Origin: Eledone cirrhosa
Lineage: Eukaryota
DNA length: 64,000 bases
Assembly (NCBI GenBank): GCA_964016885.1
Contig: OZ024742.1
Coordinates: 360,902,001 to 360,966,000 of the forward strand
Direction of reading: 5' to 3'
The notes below the pieces were generated by a model, which saw nothing but the letters and a program-made list of their open reading frames with translations, made no database searches and was not told the origin of the DNA. Numbering within the stretch: the first letter of the stretch is position 1; each line of letters begins with the position of its first letter. Position numbers and translations under genes: made by a program. This document shows positions 12,337 to 24,262 of the stretch, piece by piece.

Positions 12337-15124
12337 CATCATCATCATCATCATCATCAAGGTTTAGCGTCCGTGTTCCACGCTTGCATGGGTTTGGACG
12401 GGGGTTTTCCCACTTGAGGCAAGAGTGGTTGTCTTGCTCGCATAGGACTGTCTGGCGGGTTTTCTACAGCTGGATGCCCTTCCTAACACCAACCACATTT
12501 ACAGTGTGGGGCTGGGAGGTTTTTACTGTGTTGCCTACACGGCCACATTTACAGCGTGGACTGTGTGTTTTTTTGTCGTGACACCTACACGATCTCATTT
12601 GTTTCGGCCTGGATGTTGTGGCACCAACATAACTTTACATTGAAAGGGGCGGTGTGGATGGGGTGGGGGTGGTGGGACGGGGGTGTGTTTTGATAGAGAT
12701 GCCTACTGACTGTAGTAGGTTTTACTTGTATTTAGGTAAGGCGGGTCTTCTCTATTACTGAGTACCGCCAAAGGTCTCGGTCCAGTGACATTGTCTTGGA
12801 GAGGTGTAAGCGTGTGAGGTCGGAATTTATCATGTCGTCCCAGGTTTTTCTGGGTCTGCCTACTCCGTGACTACCGTCTATCTTTATTGCCCTGCACTTT
12901 GTTATACAGCTGTCGTCTTTCATGCGCATCACGTGACCGTACCAACGTAGCCTTCTCTCAAGTAAACAACATCTGATCCCTCTTATTTCTAATGTTTTCC
13001 TTAGTTCGTTTATGCTTAGCCGTTCACGTATATTACTATTGCACATCCAGCGGAGCATGCAAGCTTCGTTCCTCTCTAGTCTGCGTATATCCTCTGCACA
13101 CAATGCCCAGGTCTCACTGCCATGCAGCATTGCTGTTCGTATGCAGGCATCGTATAACCTGCCTTTCATTTTTAGGGAGAACCCTCTAGCGGCTAATAGT
13201 GGTATAAGCTCTCTGAACTTTTTCCATCCAGTTCCGACTCTAGCTACTGTACTTTCAGAGCACCCTCCCCCACTGCTGATTTTGTCACCCAGGTAACGGA
13301 AGCTGTCCACTATTTCTATAGAACCCTCTGCGCAATTGAAAGAGCTAGTATTTTGTGGGCACTTGCTGCTACTTATTGCACCAGAGCACCGGCCACATGT
13401 AAAATCTATGTTCTTAGTTAGCTTACCTGTGATCCCACTACATCTTTTATGCACCCATACTTTGCATTTGGGACATAAAATGGAGTTTCTACCTACGCCT
13501 TTCCTACACACTGAGCATGGCCATTTCCCGGAAGGGACCGCCGCCTTATTTTCTTTCCTACAAACTAGAACTTTAGTCTTAGCCAGGTTAATTTTAAGGC
13601 CTTTTGATTCTAGGCCGTGCTTCCATGTTTGGAATTTCTTCTCTAGTTCGGTCATTGATTCAGCTATGAGCGTTAGATCATCTGCGTATAGGAGTTCCCA
13701 TGGGCAGCCGGTCTTGAACTCCTCTGTTATAGCCAGAAGGGCAATAATAAATAGTAGGGGGCTAAGAACAGAGCCCTGATGGACACCAACTTTTACGCTA
13801 AACTCTTCACTATATTCGTTGTTAATTCTAACTTTGCTGACTGTTTCTTTATACATGGCTTGTATAGCTCTGACAAGCCATTCGTCAACACCTAGTTTTC
13901 TAAGAGCCCACCAGATAATGGAACGGGGGACTCTGTCGAAGGCTTTCTCCAAGTCAACAAAAGCTAAGTATAGGGGTTTACTTTTAGCTAGGTACTTCTC
14001 CTGTAGTTGTCGTACAATGAAAAGAGCGTCTGTGGTACTTTTGCCTGACACAAACCCGAACTGCATTTCATCTAGATCAATTCTCTCTCTGATTAGTTGC
14101 GCTATTACTTTTTCCGTGACCTTCATGACCTGGTCGATTAATTTAATGCCTCTATAGTTACACCTATCTAGGGCATCTCCTTTACCCTTGTAACAGTTAA
14201 TGGTGATGCTGCTATGCCAGTCCTTCGGAACAACCCCATTCTGTATGACTTGGTTTACTATCCGGGTGACCATGGTGTGTCCCACCGTTCCAGAGGCTTT
14301 CAGCATCTCAGCAACTATTTCCGAAGGCCCAGCCGCCTTACCCGTCTTCATATCTTTGATTGCCTTACTTATTATACTACCTTCGACTAACACTGCTGGT
14401 CCCTCTATTGGGTCGATGTGGGGGAGACTGTCTTTCTCCCATTTATTCTCCTCATTTAGAAGCCTTTCGTAGTGACACTTCCAAGCTACCTTCTTATCAG
14501 CGTCAGTGATGGCAAGTATGCCATCATCATTAAGTACACACTTCTCCCCGACAATATCACGGTTTTCCTTGACACATTGCCTAGCAATCCTGAACACCTC
14601 ACGTTTTTGGTCCTCACGTTGTAGAACATGCTTGAACTTTCTTTCCTCTGCTTCCCTTCTTGCGAAGTACACTTGTCTCCTAGCTTCCCTCCTGGCCACT
14701 TGATAGTCTTCTCTACTTCCCCCATCCCGCCATACTTTCGAAGCCTGCTTTTTGGCCTTAATTGACTCCTCCACCTTACTGTTCCACCACCATGTTACTC
14801 TCCTCCTACCTACAGGCCTGCTCCAGCCACAGACTTCGTCTGCTGCCGTCAGCAGGTTTGCTTTCAGGAATTCCCACTGTTCCTCTATATTGTACGACTC
14901 TAATTGCTCTTCCTTACTGTCGAAAGCATCAAGTAATATGCTTTGAAATTTATTTCTGGCTATGGGGTCCTTTAGCTTCCATATTTTTCTCCTGAGGATA
15001 GTCCTCTTCTGCTGTCTAGTACGTCTCGTCCTGACTATGAGGTCGCTAATTATCAGTCTATGTTGGGAGGTGCATTCTTCATGGGGGAGGGATTTAGTGT
15101 TAACAACAGACACACTGTCACGTC
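12337..15124 (-). mobile_element. RTE-clade LINE copy C (A subfamily), 5'-truncated
   Basis: Highly similar to copy A; (GAT)n tail. Confidence 0.95.
12732..15113 (-). CDS. RTE ORF remnant (RT with YADD, PHD-type finger)
   Basis: 793-aa open frame nearly identical to the copy A protein. Confidence 0.9.
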   Translation of the reverse strand: MSVVNTKSLPHEECTSQHRLIISDLIVRTRRTRQQKRTILRRKIWKLKDPIARNKFQSILLDAFDSKEEQLESYNIEEQWEFLKANLLTAADEVCGWSRPVGRRRVTWWWNSKVEESIKAKKQASKVWRDGGSREDYQVARREARRQVYFARREAEERKFKHVLQREDQKREVFRIARQCVKENRDIVGEKCVLNDDGILAITDADKKVAWKCHYERLLNEENKWEKDSLPHIDPIEGPAVLVEGSIISKAIKDMKTGKAAGPSEIVAEMLKASGTVGHTMVTRIVNQVIQNGVVPKDWHSSITINCYKGKGDALDRCNYRGIKLIDQVMKVTEKVIAQLIRERIDLDEMQFGFVSGKSTTDALFIVRQLQEKYLAKSKPLYLAFVDLEKAFDRVPRSIIWWALRKLGVDEWLVRAIQAMYKETVSKVRINNEYSEEFSVKVGVHQGSVLSPLLFIIALLAITEEFKTGCPWELLYADDLTLIAESMTELEKKFQTWKHGLESKGLKINLAKTKVLVCRKENKAAVPSGKWPCSVCRKGVGRNSILCPKCKVWVHKRCSGITGKLTKNIDFTCGRCSGAISSSKCPQNTSSFNCAEGSIEIVDSFRYLGDKISSGGGCSESTVARVGTGWKKFRELIPLLAARGFSLKMKGRLYDACIRTAMLHGSETWALCAEDIRRLERNEACMLRWMCNSNIRERLSINELRKTLEIRGIRCCLLERRLRWYGHVMRMKDDSCITKCRAIKIDGSHGVGRPRKTWDDMINSDLTRLHLSKTMSLDRDLWRYSVIEKTRLT

Positions 15125-15204
15125 TACATACATATGTATGTATATATGTATGTACATATATATATATGTATATATATATCTATACATATGTATGTATATA
15201 TGTA

Positions 15205-15243
<39 letters not shown>

Positions 15244-15258
15244 GTATGTATATATGTA

Positions 15259-15295
<37 letters not shown>

Positions 15296-15427
15296 GTATG
15301 TATATATGTATGTACATATATATATATATCTATACATATGTATGTATATATGTATGTACATATATATAAAAAACACATTAAACATAAACATAGATGTTTC
15401 TATACATATGCTCACACAGCTATAATA

Positions 15428-15457
15428 TACGAGGTGATGCTGAAAAGTTCCTGGCTA
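15428..15457 (+). mobile_element. Solo mariner-like terminal inverted repeat
   Basis: TA-CGAGGTGATGCTGAAAAGTTCCTGGCT resembles mariner TIRs; no partner TIR found. Confidence 0.5.
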
Positions 15458-15907
15458 GATCACTGCTACAGAGGCCCGGTTATAATAGACACAAATGTCT
15501 ATGTATTGTAGTGAATTGGTAGTTTCTAAAATCATTGGACTCAGTACTTTACAGATGTTTTAGCTCTGTGCTACATAAGTCAAACTTTCAATATAAGTTT
15601 AAAAGCTGAGGTGACAGAGAGGAGCACCAGTTAGATCCTGTCAACAAATCTCCATACAGTTTAAATACACAAGTCTCTGATATCTAAATGCTAAATGTCA
15701 CCAAAGGGCACCTAGGAGTCATGACCTGGATGTCTCTTGGCCCCTTAGAATGTAAGAAGTTAAGGCCAAAACACTTGCTTGAGTGGGGATTTTCCTCTGA
15801 AGACCTGCTGTACAGCTCCCCTGAGAGTTTCTTACCACTGAAGGACACCCAGAAGTCATGATCTCGATGCAGCCTTGGCCCTCATGTAAGGAGTTAACCT
15901 GTTGACT

Positions 15908-18900
15908 CATCATCATCATCATCATCACCGTCTTACGTCTGTTCTACACTAGCATGGGTTAGACGGGTTGTCCTGTTGTGGGCAGTGTCCGGTCGGCTGA
16001 CCATGTCTTGTTCATACGGGAACTGATTCTGGTTTGATTTCTACAGCTGGATGCCCTTCCTAACACCAACCTCATTGACAGTGAGTGCTGGGTGCTTATT
16101 TTTCTGTGGTGCCTACACGTCCACTTTACAGTGAGTCCTGGGTGCTTTTTTTCTGTGGTGCCTACATGTCCACTTTACAGTGAGTCCTGGGTGCTTTTTT
16201 TCTGTGGTGCCTACATGTCCACTTTACAGTGAGTCCTGGGTGCTTTTTTTCTGTGGTGCCTACATGTCCACTTTACAGTGAGTCCTGGGTGCTTTTTTTC
16301 TGTGGCGCCTACATGTCCACTTTACAGTGTGGGCTGGGTGCTTTTTTCTGTGGTGCCTACATGTTCACTTTACAGTGAGTCCTGGGTGCTTTTTTTCTGT
16401 GGCGCCTACATGTTCACTTTACAGTGAGTCATGGGTGCTTTTTTTCTGTGGTGCCTATATGTCCACGTTACAGTGAGTCTGGGTGCTTTTTTTCTGTGGT
16501 GCCTACATGTCCACTTTACAGTGTGGGCTGGGTGCTTTTTTCTGTGGTGCCTACATGTCCACTTTACAGTGTGGGCTGGGTGCTTTTTTTCTGTGGTGCC
16601 TACATGTTCACTTTACAGTGAGTCCTGGGTGCTTTTTTTCTGTGTTGCCTACATGTCCACTTTACAGTGTGGGCTGGGTGTTTTTTTTCTGTGGTGCCTA
16701 CATGTCCACTTTACAGTGTGGGCTGGGTGCTTTTTTTCTGTGGTGCCTACATGTCCACTTTACAGTGTGTCCTGGGTGCTTTTTTTCTGTGGTGCTTACA
16801 TGTTCACTTTACAGCGAGTCCTGGGTGCTTTTTTTCTGTGGTGCCTACATGTCCACTTTATAGTGAGTGCTCTGTGGTGCCTACATGTCCACTTTACAGT
16901 GAGTCCTGGGTGCTTTTTTTCTGTGGTGCCTACATGTCCACTTTACAGTGAGTCCTGGGTGCTTTTTTTCTGTGGTGCCTACATGTCCACTTTACAGTGA
17001 GTCCTGGGTGATTTTTTTCTGTGGTGCTTACATGTTCACTTTACAGTGAGTCCTGGGTGCTTTTTTTCTGTGGTGCCTACATGTCCACTTTACAGTGAGT
17101 GCTCTGTGGTGCCTACATGTCCACTTTACAGTGAGTGCTGGGTGCTTTTTTTCTGTGGCGCCTACATGTCGACTTTACAGTGTGTCCTGGGTGCTTTTTT
17201 TCTGTGGTACCTACATGTCCACTTTACAGTGAGTCCTGGGTGCTTTTTTTCTGTGGTGCCTACATGTCCACTTTACAGTGAGTCCTGGGTGCTTTTTTTC
17301 TGTGGTGCCTACATGTCCACTTTACAGTGTGGGCTGGGTGCTTTTTTTCTGTGGTGCCTACATGTCCACTTTACAGTGAGTCCTGTGTGCTTTTTTTCTG
17401 TGGTGCCTACATGTCCACTTTACAGTGAGTCCTGTGTGCTTTTTTTCTGTGGTGCCTACATGTCCACTTTACAGTGAGTCCTGGGTGTTTTTTTTCTGTG
17501 GTGCCTACATGTTCACTTTACAGTGAGTCCTGGGTATTTTTTTTCTGTGGTGCCTACATGTTCACTCTACAGTGAGTCCTGGGTGCTTTTTTTTCTGTGG
17601 TGCCTACATGTCCATGTTACAGTGTCGGCTGGGTGCTTTTTTCTGTGGTGCCTACATGTTCACTTTACAGTGAGTCTGGGTGCTTTTTTTCTGTGGTGCC
17701 TACATGTCCACTTTACAGTGAGTCCTGGGTGCTTTTTTTCTGTGGTGCCTACATGTCCACTTTACAGTGTGGGCTGGGTGCTTTTTTTCTGTGGTGCCTA
17801 CATGTCCACTTTACAGTGTGGGCTGGGTGCTTTTTTTCTGTGGTGCCTACATGTTCACTTTACAGTGAGTCCTGGGTGCTTTTTTTCTGTGGTGCCTACA
17901 TGTCCACTTTACAGTGTGTCCTGGGTGCTTTTTTTCTGTGGTGCTTACATGTTCACTTTACAGTGAGTCCTGGGTGCTTTTTTTCTGTGGTGCCTACATG
18001 TCCACTTTACAGCGAGTCCTGGGTGCTTTTTTTCTGTGGTGCCTACATGTCCACTTTACAGTGAGTCCTGGGTGATTTTTTTCTGTGGTGCTTACATGTT
18101 CACTCTACAGTTAGTCCTGGGTGCTTTTTTTCTGTGGTGCCTACATGTCCACTTTACAGTGTGGGCTGGGTGCTTTTTTTCTGTGGTGCCTACATGTCCA
18201 CTTTACAGTGAGTCCTGGGTGATTTTTTTCTGTGGTGCTTACATGTTCACTTTACAGTGAGTCCTGGGTGCTTTTTTTCTGTGGTGCCTACATGTCCACT
18301 TTACAGTGTGGGCTGGGTGCTTTTTTTCTGTGGTGCCTACATGTCCACTTTACAGTGAGTCCTGGGTGCTTTTTTTCTGTGGCGCCTACATGTCCACTTT
18401 ACAGTGTGGGCTGGGTGCTTTTTTTCTGTGGCGCCTACATGTCCACTTTACAGTGAGTCCTGGGTGCTTTTTTTCTGTGGTGCCTACATGTCCACTTTAC
18501 AGTGAGTCCTGTGTGCTTTTTTTCTGTGGTGCCTACATGTCCACTTTACAGTGTGGGCTGGGTGCTTTTTTTCTGTGGTGCCTACATGTCCACTTTACAG
18601 TGAGTGCTGGGTGCTTTTTTTTTGTGGTGCCTACATGTCCACTTTACAGTAAGTGCTGGGTGCTTTTTTTCTGTGGCGCCTACATGTCCACTTTACAGTG
18701 TGGGCTGGGTGCTTTTTTTCTGTGGTGCCTACATGTCCACTTTACAGTGTGGGCTGGGTGCTTTTTTTCTGTGGTGCCTACATGTTCACTTTACAGTGAA
18801 TCCTCGGTGCTTTTTTTCTGTGGCGCCTACATGTCCACGTTACAGTGAGTCTGGGTGCTTTTTTTCTGTGGCGCGTACATGTTCACTTCACAGTGAGTCC

Positions 18901-20496
18901 TGGGTGCTTTTTTTCTGTGGTGCCTACATGTCCATGTTACAGTGAGTCTGGGTGCTTTTTTTCTGTGGTGCCTACATGTCCACTTTACAGTGTGGGCTGG
19001 GTGCTTTTTTTCTGTGGTGCCTACATGTCCACTTTACAGTGAGTGCTGGGTGCTTTTATTCTGTGGTGCTTACATGTTCACTTTACAGTGAGTCCTGGGT
19101 GTTTTTTTTCTGTGGTGCCTACATGTCCACGTTACAGTGTGTCTGGGTGCTTTATTTCTGTGGTGCCTACATGTCCACTTTACAGTGTGGGCTGGGTGCT
19201 TTTTTTCTGTGGGCCTACATGTTCACTTTACAGTGAGTCTGGGTGCTTTTTTTCTGTGGTGCCTACATGTCCACTTTACAGTGAGTCCTGGGTGCTTTTT
19301 TTCTGTGGTGCCTACATGTCCACTTTACAGTGAGTCCTGGGTGCTTTTTTTCTGTGGTGCCTATATGTCCACTTTACAGTGTGGGCTGGGTGCTTTTCTT
19401 CTGTGGTGCCTACATGTCCACTTTACAGTGTGGGCTGGGTGCTTTTTTTCTGTGGTGCCTACATGTTCACTTTACAGTGAGTCCTGGGTGCTTTTATTCT
19501 GTGGTGCCTACATGTCCACTTTACAGTGTGGGCTGGGTGCTTTTTTTCTGTGGTGCTTACATGTTCACTTTACAGTGAGTCCTGGGTGCTTTTTTTCTGT
19601 GGTGCCTACATGTTCACTTTACAGTGAGTCCTGGGTGCTTTTTTTCTGTGGTGCCTACATGTTCACTTTACAGTGAGTCCTGGGTGCTTTTTTTCTGTGG
19701 CGCCTACATGTCCACTTTACAGTGAGTCCTGGGTGCTTTTTTTCTGTGGTACCTACATGTCCACTTTACAATGAATCCTGGGTGCTTTTTTTCTGTGGTG
19801 CCTATATGTCCACTTTACAGTGAGTGTTGGGTGCTTTTTTTCTGTGGCACCTACAAGTCCACTTTACAGTGAGTCCTGCATGCTTTTTTTCTGTGGTGCC
19901 TACATGTCCACTTTACAGTGAGTCCTGGGTGCTTTTTTTCTGTGGTGCCTACTGTCCACTTTACAGTAAGTGCTGGGTGCTTTTTTTCTGTGGCACCTAC
20001 ATGTCCACTTTACAGTGTGGGCTGGGTGCTTTTTTTCTGTGGTGCCTACATGTCCACTTTACAGTGTGGGCTGGGTGCTTTTTTTCTGTGGTGCCTACAT
20101 GTTCACTTTACAGTCAATCCTAGGTGCCTTTTTTTTGTGGCGCCTACATGTCCACGTTACAGTGAGTCTGGGTGCTTTTTTTCTGTGGCGCGTACATGTT
20201 CACTTTACAGTGAGTCCTGGGTGCTTTTTTCTGCGGTGCCTACATGTCCACTTTACAGTGAGTGCTGGGTGCTTTTTTTCTGTGGTGCCTACATGTCCAC
20301 TTTACAGTGTGTCTGGGTGCTTTATTTCTGTGGTGCCTACATGTCCATATTACAGTGAGTCTGGGTGCTTTTTTTCTGTGGTGCCTACATGTTGTAGTGG
20401 GAGGGGGTGGGGCCATATTGTCTATATGCTTCAGCTTCGGCTTCAGCCCTTGAGAAATCGGGTCTTCTGTATTACTGCGTGACCCCAGAGGTCAAT
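15908..20496 (-). mobile_element. RTE LINE 3' fragment (B-like) whose 3'UTR repeat has expanded into a satellite
   Basis: Tail and distal UTR at 15908-16080, and proximal UTR/ORF end at 20393-20496, match copy B on either side of the array. Confidence 0.9.
16076..20392. repeat. 49-bp tandem satellite, roughly 88 units
   Basis: Unit TTTACAGTGAGTCCTGGGTGCTTTTTTTCTGTGGTGCCTACATGTCCAC, with a GTGTGGGC variant. Confidence 0.97.
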
Positions 20497-20729
20497 TGGA
20501 TAAGGTCTGCCGCACATATTTCACAGCTACAGTTGCTGTGCCTGTTTTTTCTTTTGTTTTTTTTTTTAGTAAAATGATGATTTTTAAACAAACATTTATT
20601 AACAACACATATCTGAATGATAGACGATGTCACATCAATAAACTAGTATCCCCATGAGGTGGAGTTCTGTACACCAGAGAGCATTCTGCCACATTATCCA
20701 GACCAGTATTATTGCAGTAGGGAATTGTA

Positions 20730-20915
20730 TAGCTGGCAGTATTGGTAGAAGGTCGGACGCCATGCTTTGCAGCATAGAGTTACGACCCTTTATGGTTTGA
20801 GTTCAAATCCCGCCGAGGTTAACTTTGCCTTTCATCCTTACGGGGTTTTATAAAATAAAGTACCAGTAATACACTGTTATAATTGCTGGCTTTGTGCCAA
20901 AAGTAGAAACAATTA
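20730..20915 (+). mobile_element. tRNA-derived SINE with Meta-type core
   Basis: A box GGCAGTATTGGTAGA, B box GAGTTCAAATCCC, core GCCTTTCATCCTTACGGGG...ATAAAATAAAGTACC. Confidence 0.8.
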
Positions 20916-21077
20916 TATATCTATTGTTCCACCTCAGTTGTTTACACTATAATTTCACAAGTTGAAAATCAGTTGACCAAACAAATGAAGGCTTATTAGA
21001 ATGGAGAATCTACCCTATGTGTGCTTCATATGCCAACATATGCTTGTCTGTGTTTCTGTATTTATATATATATATAT

Positions 21078-21222
21078 GGAGGCACATCACTTAGTGGTTA
21101 GAGCATTAGCCTTGCAATCGAAAGGTTGTGAGTTCAATTCTCAGACCGGGTGATGTGTTGTTTCCTTGAGCAAGACACTTTATTTCACATTGCTCCAGTT
21201 TACTCAGCTGTAGAAATGAGAT
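21078..21222 (+). mobile_element. tRNA-derived SINE, second family (fragments also at 48506-48706 and 49580-49682)
   Basis: TTAGTGGTTAGAGC A box, GAGTTCAATTC B box, CCTTGAGCAAGACACT core. Confidence 0.75.
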
Positions 21223-21449
21223 GATAGGGACTGGGGTCCATATCATTCCACTGAAAGTGGACGTGTAGGTGCCACGGATAAAAAGCACCCAGCACTCACT
21301 GTAAATGAGGTTGGTGTTAGGAAGGGCATCCAGCTGTAGAAATCAAGCCAGAATCAGTTCCCATCCCACCCTTGCAAGCAGGGAAAAGCGTGATGATGAT
21401 GATATATGTATATATATATATACACATATGTATATATATATATATATAC

Positions 21450-21674
21450 ATAACAAAGGAAATGTGGTAAGGAACCAGGTGGACCATAACGCACCAAAGT
21501 ACTCAATACTTAGGGTAGTAGAGTGGGTAATAGGAACCAGTAAGACCCCGACGGCTGAGCTCAAGCCGTTTCGACGGCTAATTCTGGACTAAAAAAAAAA
21601 ATTTTTTTTTTTTAGTCCAGAATTAGCCGTCAAAACGGCTTGAGCTTAGCCGTCGGGGTCCTACTCGTTCCTAT
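21450..21674 (-). mobile_element. Hammerhead element family 2 with fold-back inverted repeat
   Basis: Inverted repeat 21530-21674 centred on A11/T12; minus strand has GAAAC-GGCT-TGAGCTC-AGCC-GTC-GGGGTC (hammerhead 3' half); TA flanks. Confidence 0.75.
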
Positions 21675-21865
21675 ATATATACATATATATATATGTATGG
21701 ACCTGTAACTCCTGCTGGTGTTGTAGAGCACTGTAGTGTCTTACAGTGTTTCTTATGCATTTTAAACCTGGTAGAGTCCATTCCTCTCCAGCATGTATAC
21801 GTATACATTTGTGCTAAATACTCTTGATTAGAAACACAAGTACTCCATGTGTTTGAAGTAGGATA

Positions 21866-22166
21866 CTGCATGGTAGTGAAACATGGGCAGTGACAGCAGA
21901 AGACATGTGGTGCTGCATGGTAGTGAAACATGGGTTGTGACTGCAGAGGACATGTGGTGCTGCATGGTAGTGAAACATGGGCTGTGACCGCAGAAGACAT
22001 GTGGTGCTGCATGGTAGTGAAACATGGGCTGTGACCGCAGAAGACGTGTTGCTGCATGGTAGTGAAACATCGGCTGTGGCTGCAGAAGCCATGTGGTGCT
22101 GCATGGTAGTGAAACATGGGCTGTGACCGCAGAAGACATGTGGTGCTGCATGGTAGTGAAACATGG
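21866..22166 (+). repeat. 47-bp minisatellite (about 6.5 copies) derived from RTE coding sequence
   Basis: Unit CTGCATGGTAGTGAAACATGGGCTGTGACCGCAGAAGACATGTGGTG encodes [13 protein letters not shown]; continues into a degenerate GRPRKTW-like RTE 3' end to about 22334. Confidence 0.85.
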
Positions 22167-22502
22167 GTAGTCCAAGGAAGACCTGTGTGGAGGTGGTGAG
22201 AGCTGATCTGAAATTGGCGAGTCTCACAGAGGAGATGACAAATGCACGCAACAAGTGGAGAGATGCTGGGCAGAAAAGGACCTGTCCAACCCATGCAAGC
22301 GTGGAAAAACGGACATAAAAACGATGACAATGATCATCATCATCATCATCATCATTTTTACATCAACAATTCCATGCTTATATGGGGTGGAAGAGATTTT
22401 TTGAGACAAAGTTTTAGAGGCAGATGCCCTACCTCATACAAAACTGGGATATGGTGTACCTATTCTAAAATCCTGGGATCCACATGACTGTGTGTGAATA
22501 TA

Positions 22503-23040
22503 CATCATCATCATCATCATCTTCGTTTAACGTCCATTTTCCACGCTAGCATAGGTTAGACGGGAGTTGTCTCACTTGAGGCAAGGTTGGTCGGGTGACC
22601 ATGTCTCGCTCATATAGGACTATCTGGCAGGTTTTCTACGGCTGGATGCCCTTCTTAACACCAACCACATTTACAGTGTGGAACTGGGAACCTTTTACCG
22701 TGTTACCTACACGGCCACATTACAGCGTGGACTGTGTGTTTTTTTCTCGTAACACCTACACGATCTCGATCGCGATCTCATTTATTTGGACTGGATGTTG
22801 TGTTACCAACTTTATAGAGAGAGGGTGGTGTTGGTGGGAGTGGGAGGATAGGGTAGGGGTAGTGGATTGGGGTGTATATTTGGTTAAGAGGTGCCTACTG
22901 ACTGTAGGTTTTGCTTTGTACATAGGCAAGGCGGGTCTTCTGTATTACTGCGTAGAGCCAAAGATCTCGGTCCAGTGACATTGTCTTAGAGAGGTGCAAG
23001 TGTGTAAGGTCGGAATTTATCAAATCATCCCAGGTTTTTC
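22503..23040 (-). mobile_element. RTE LINE 3' fragment
   Basis: (GAT)n tail, 3'UTR, last codons KTWDDLINSDL. Confidence 0.9.
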
Positions 23041-23053
23041 TATATGTATGTAT

Positions 23054-23250
23054 ATAGGAAAAGAGTCAGGACCCTGATGGCCGAGCTCTGGCTGTTTCGA
23101 AAGCTAGTTCAGAACTAGCTGTCAAAATGGCTGGAGCTCAGCCATCAGGGTCCTGACTCTTTCCTATTACCCACTCTACTACCCACAGTATCGAGTACTC
23201 TGGTGCGTTATGGTCCACCTGGTTCCTTACCACACTTCCTTCATTATGTA
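23054..23250 (+). mobile_element. Hammerhead element family 2, older CpG-decayed fold-back copy
   Basis: Imperfect inverted repeat 23054-23167; tail matches the reverse complement of 21450-21530. Confidence 0.75.
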
Positions 23251-23262
23251 TGTATGTATGTA

Positions 23263-23452
23263 GGTGGTGGATTGGCAGTATCGGTAGAGAGTCGGACGCC
23301 ATGCTTTGACGCATAGAGTTACGTCCCTTTATGATCTGAGTTCAGATCTCGCCGAGGTTAACTTTGCCTTTCATCCTTACGGGGTCGAAAAAATAAAGTA
23401 CCAGTAATGTACTGGGTAATTGCTGGCCTTGTGCCAAAAGTAGAAACAATTA
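23263..23452 (+). mobile_element. tRNA-derived Meta-core SINE
   Basis: Same family as 20730-20915. Confidence 0.85.
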
Positions 23453-23484
23453 TGTATGTATGTATGTATATATATATATATATA

Positions 23485-23635
23485 TAATATAGAAAGGCTT
23501 CTACAGGACTAGAACTGTTGAATGAAACAGTTCTAGTCCTGTAGAAGCCTTTCTATATTAAATATTTATACTCTGCTTTGTATTGAGTACCTTACTTACT
23601 GTGTTACCCCCAATTGAACCCGGGATAAACTTATA
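23485..23635 (+). mobile_element. Hammerhead element family 3 with 35-bp perfect fold-back
   Basis: Arms 23485-23519 and 23526-23560; GAAAC-AGTTCTA-GTC-CTGTAGAAG; tail contains TATTGAGTAC; TA flanks. Confidence 0.7.
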
Positions 23636-23720
23636 TATACAAATGTGTGTTAAGTATTTCCGTAGAAAAGGTAAAAGAAAGAAGAGTGCTCTATGTATAC
23701 CACAGAGCTATTTAATTAGA

Positions 23721-23784
23721 TATTTCATCTGATGAACGAAGCAGACATTTCTGATAACTTCGTGAAACCTTGGGTGATAGAATA
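23721..23784 (+). ncRNA. Degenerate type I hammerhead ribozyme
   Basis: TATTTCAT-CTGATGA-ACGAAG(16-nt loop)CTTCGT-GAAAC-C ttg G-GTG-ATAGAATA; core and stem II perfect, cleavage triplet GUG and stem I imperfect. Confidence 0.65.
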
Positions 23785-23837
23785 ATTATTATTGTGTTAT
23801 TTATTATATAAAGAAAAAAAAAATATATATATATATA

Positions 23838-24058
23838 TAAGGTGACAATAAGAATTGCAGCTTTTTGTACAGTTTATTACATCTTACAATTTCTTTCCAT
23901 ATCAATCATGGGACCACCCATGTAAACACTCATATCTTAAGAAGTGTCAATTAAGAGTCTGGAACCAATCACACGATCACACCAAGCTGGCCGATATGGA
24001 AACAAATTGTAATATGTAATAAAGTTTACAAGAAGCTGCAATTCTTATTGTCACTTTA
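23838..24058. mobile_element. MITE, Tc1/mariner-like, with about 65-bp TIRs
   Basis: TAAGGTGACAATAAGAATTGCAGCT... and ...AGCTGCAATTCTTATTGTCACTTTA; inserted at TA. Confidence 0.8.
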
Positions 24059-24262
24059 TGTAGACTCGGCAAATTTTAGCCGCCTATAATATAGTCCATG
24101 AGTTTATAGGCAACTAGATGGAGAAAACAAACTGATCTTCAGTCACTATCACACTCTATGCACCAGTATTGAGTACATAATCAATTAATGGTTGATTGTT
24201 TTTAAATACCATGGTGTTATAAACACCCATTCTAATATATATATATACACATACATACATAT

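Noticed and set aside
16424-20482. Cys-rich repeat ORFs
   Set aside because: The 49-bp unit shifts frame every copy and derives from an antisense LINE 3'UTR
20730-21160. tRNA genes
   Set aside because: The A/B boxes belong to SINE heads; no cloverleaf, and they are followed by SINE cores
23074-23102. CTGATGG...GAAA as a complete + strand hammerhead
   Set aside because: It is the CpG-decayed mirror arm (CCGACGG to CTGATGG); the core lacks the conserved A and has no proper stems
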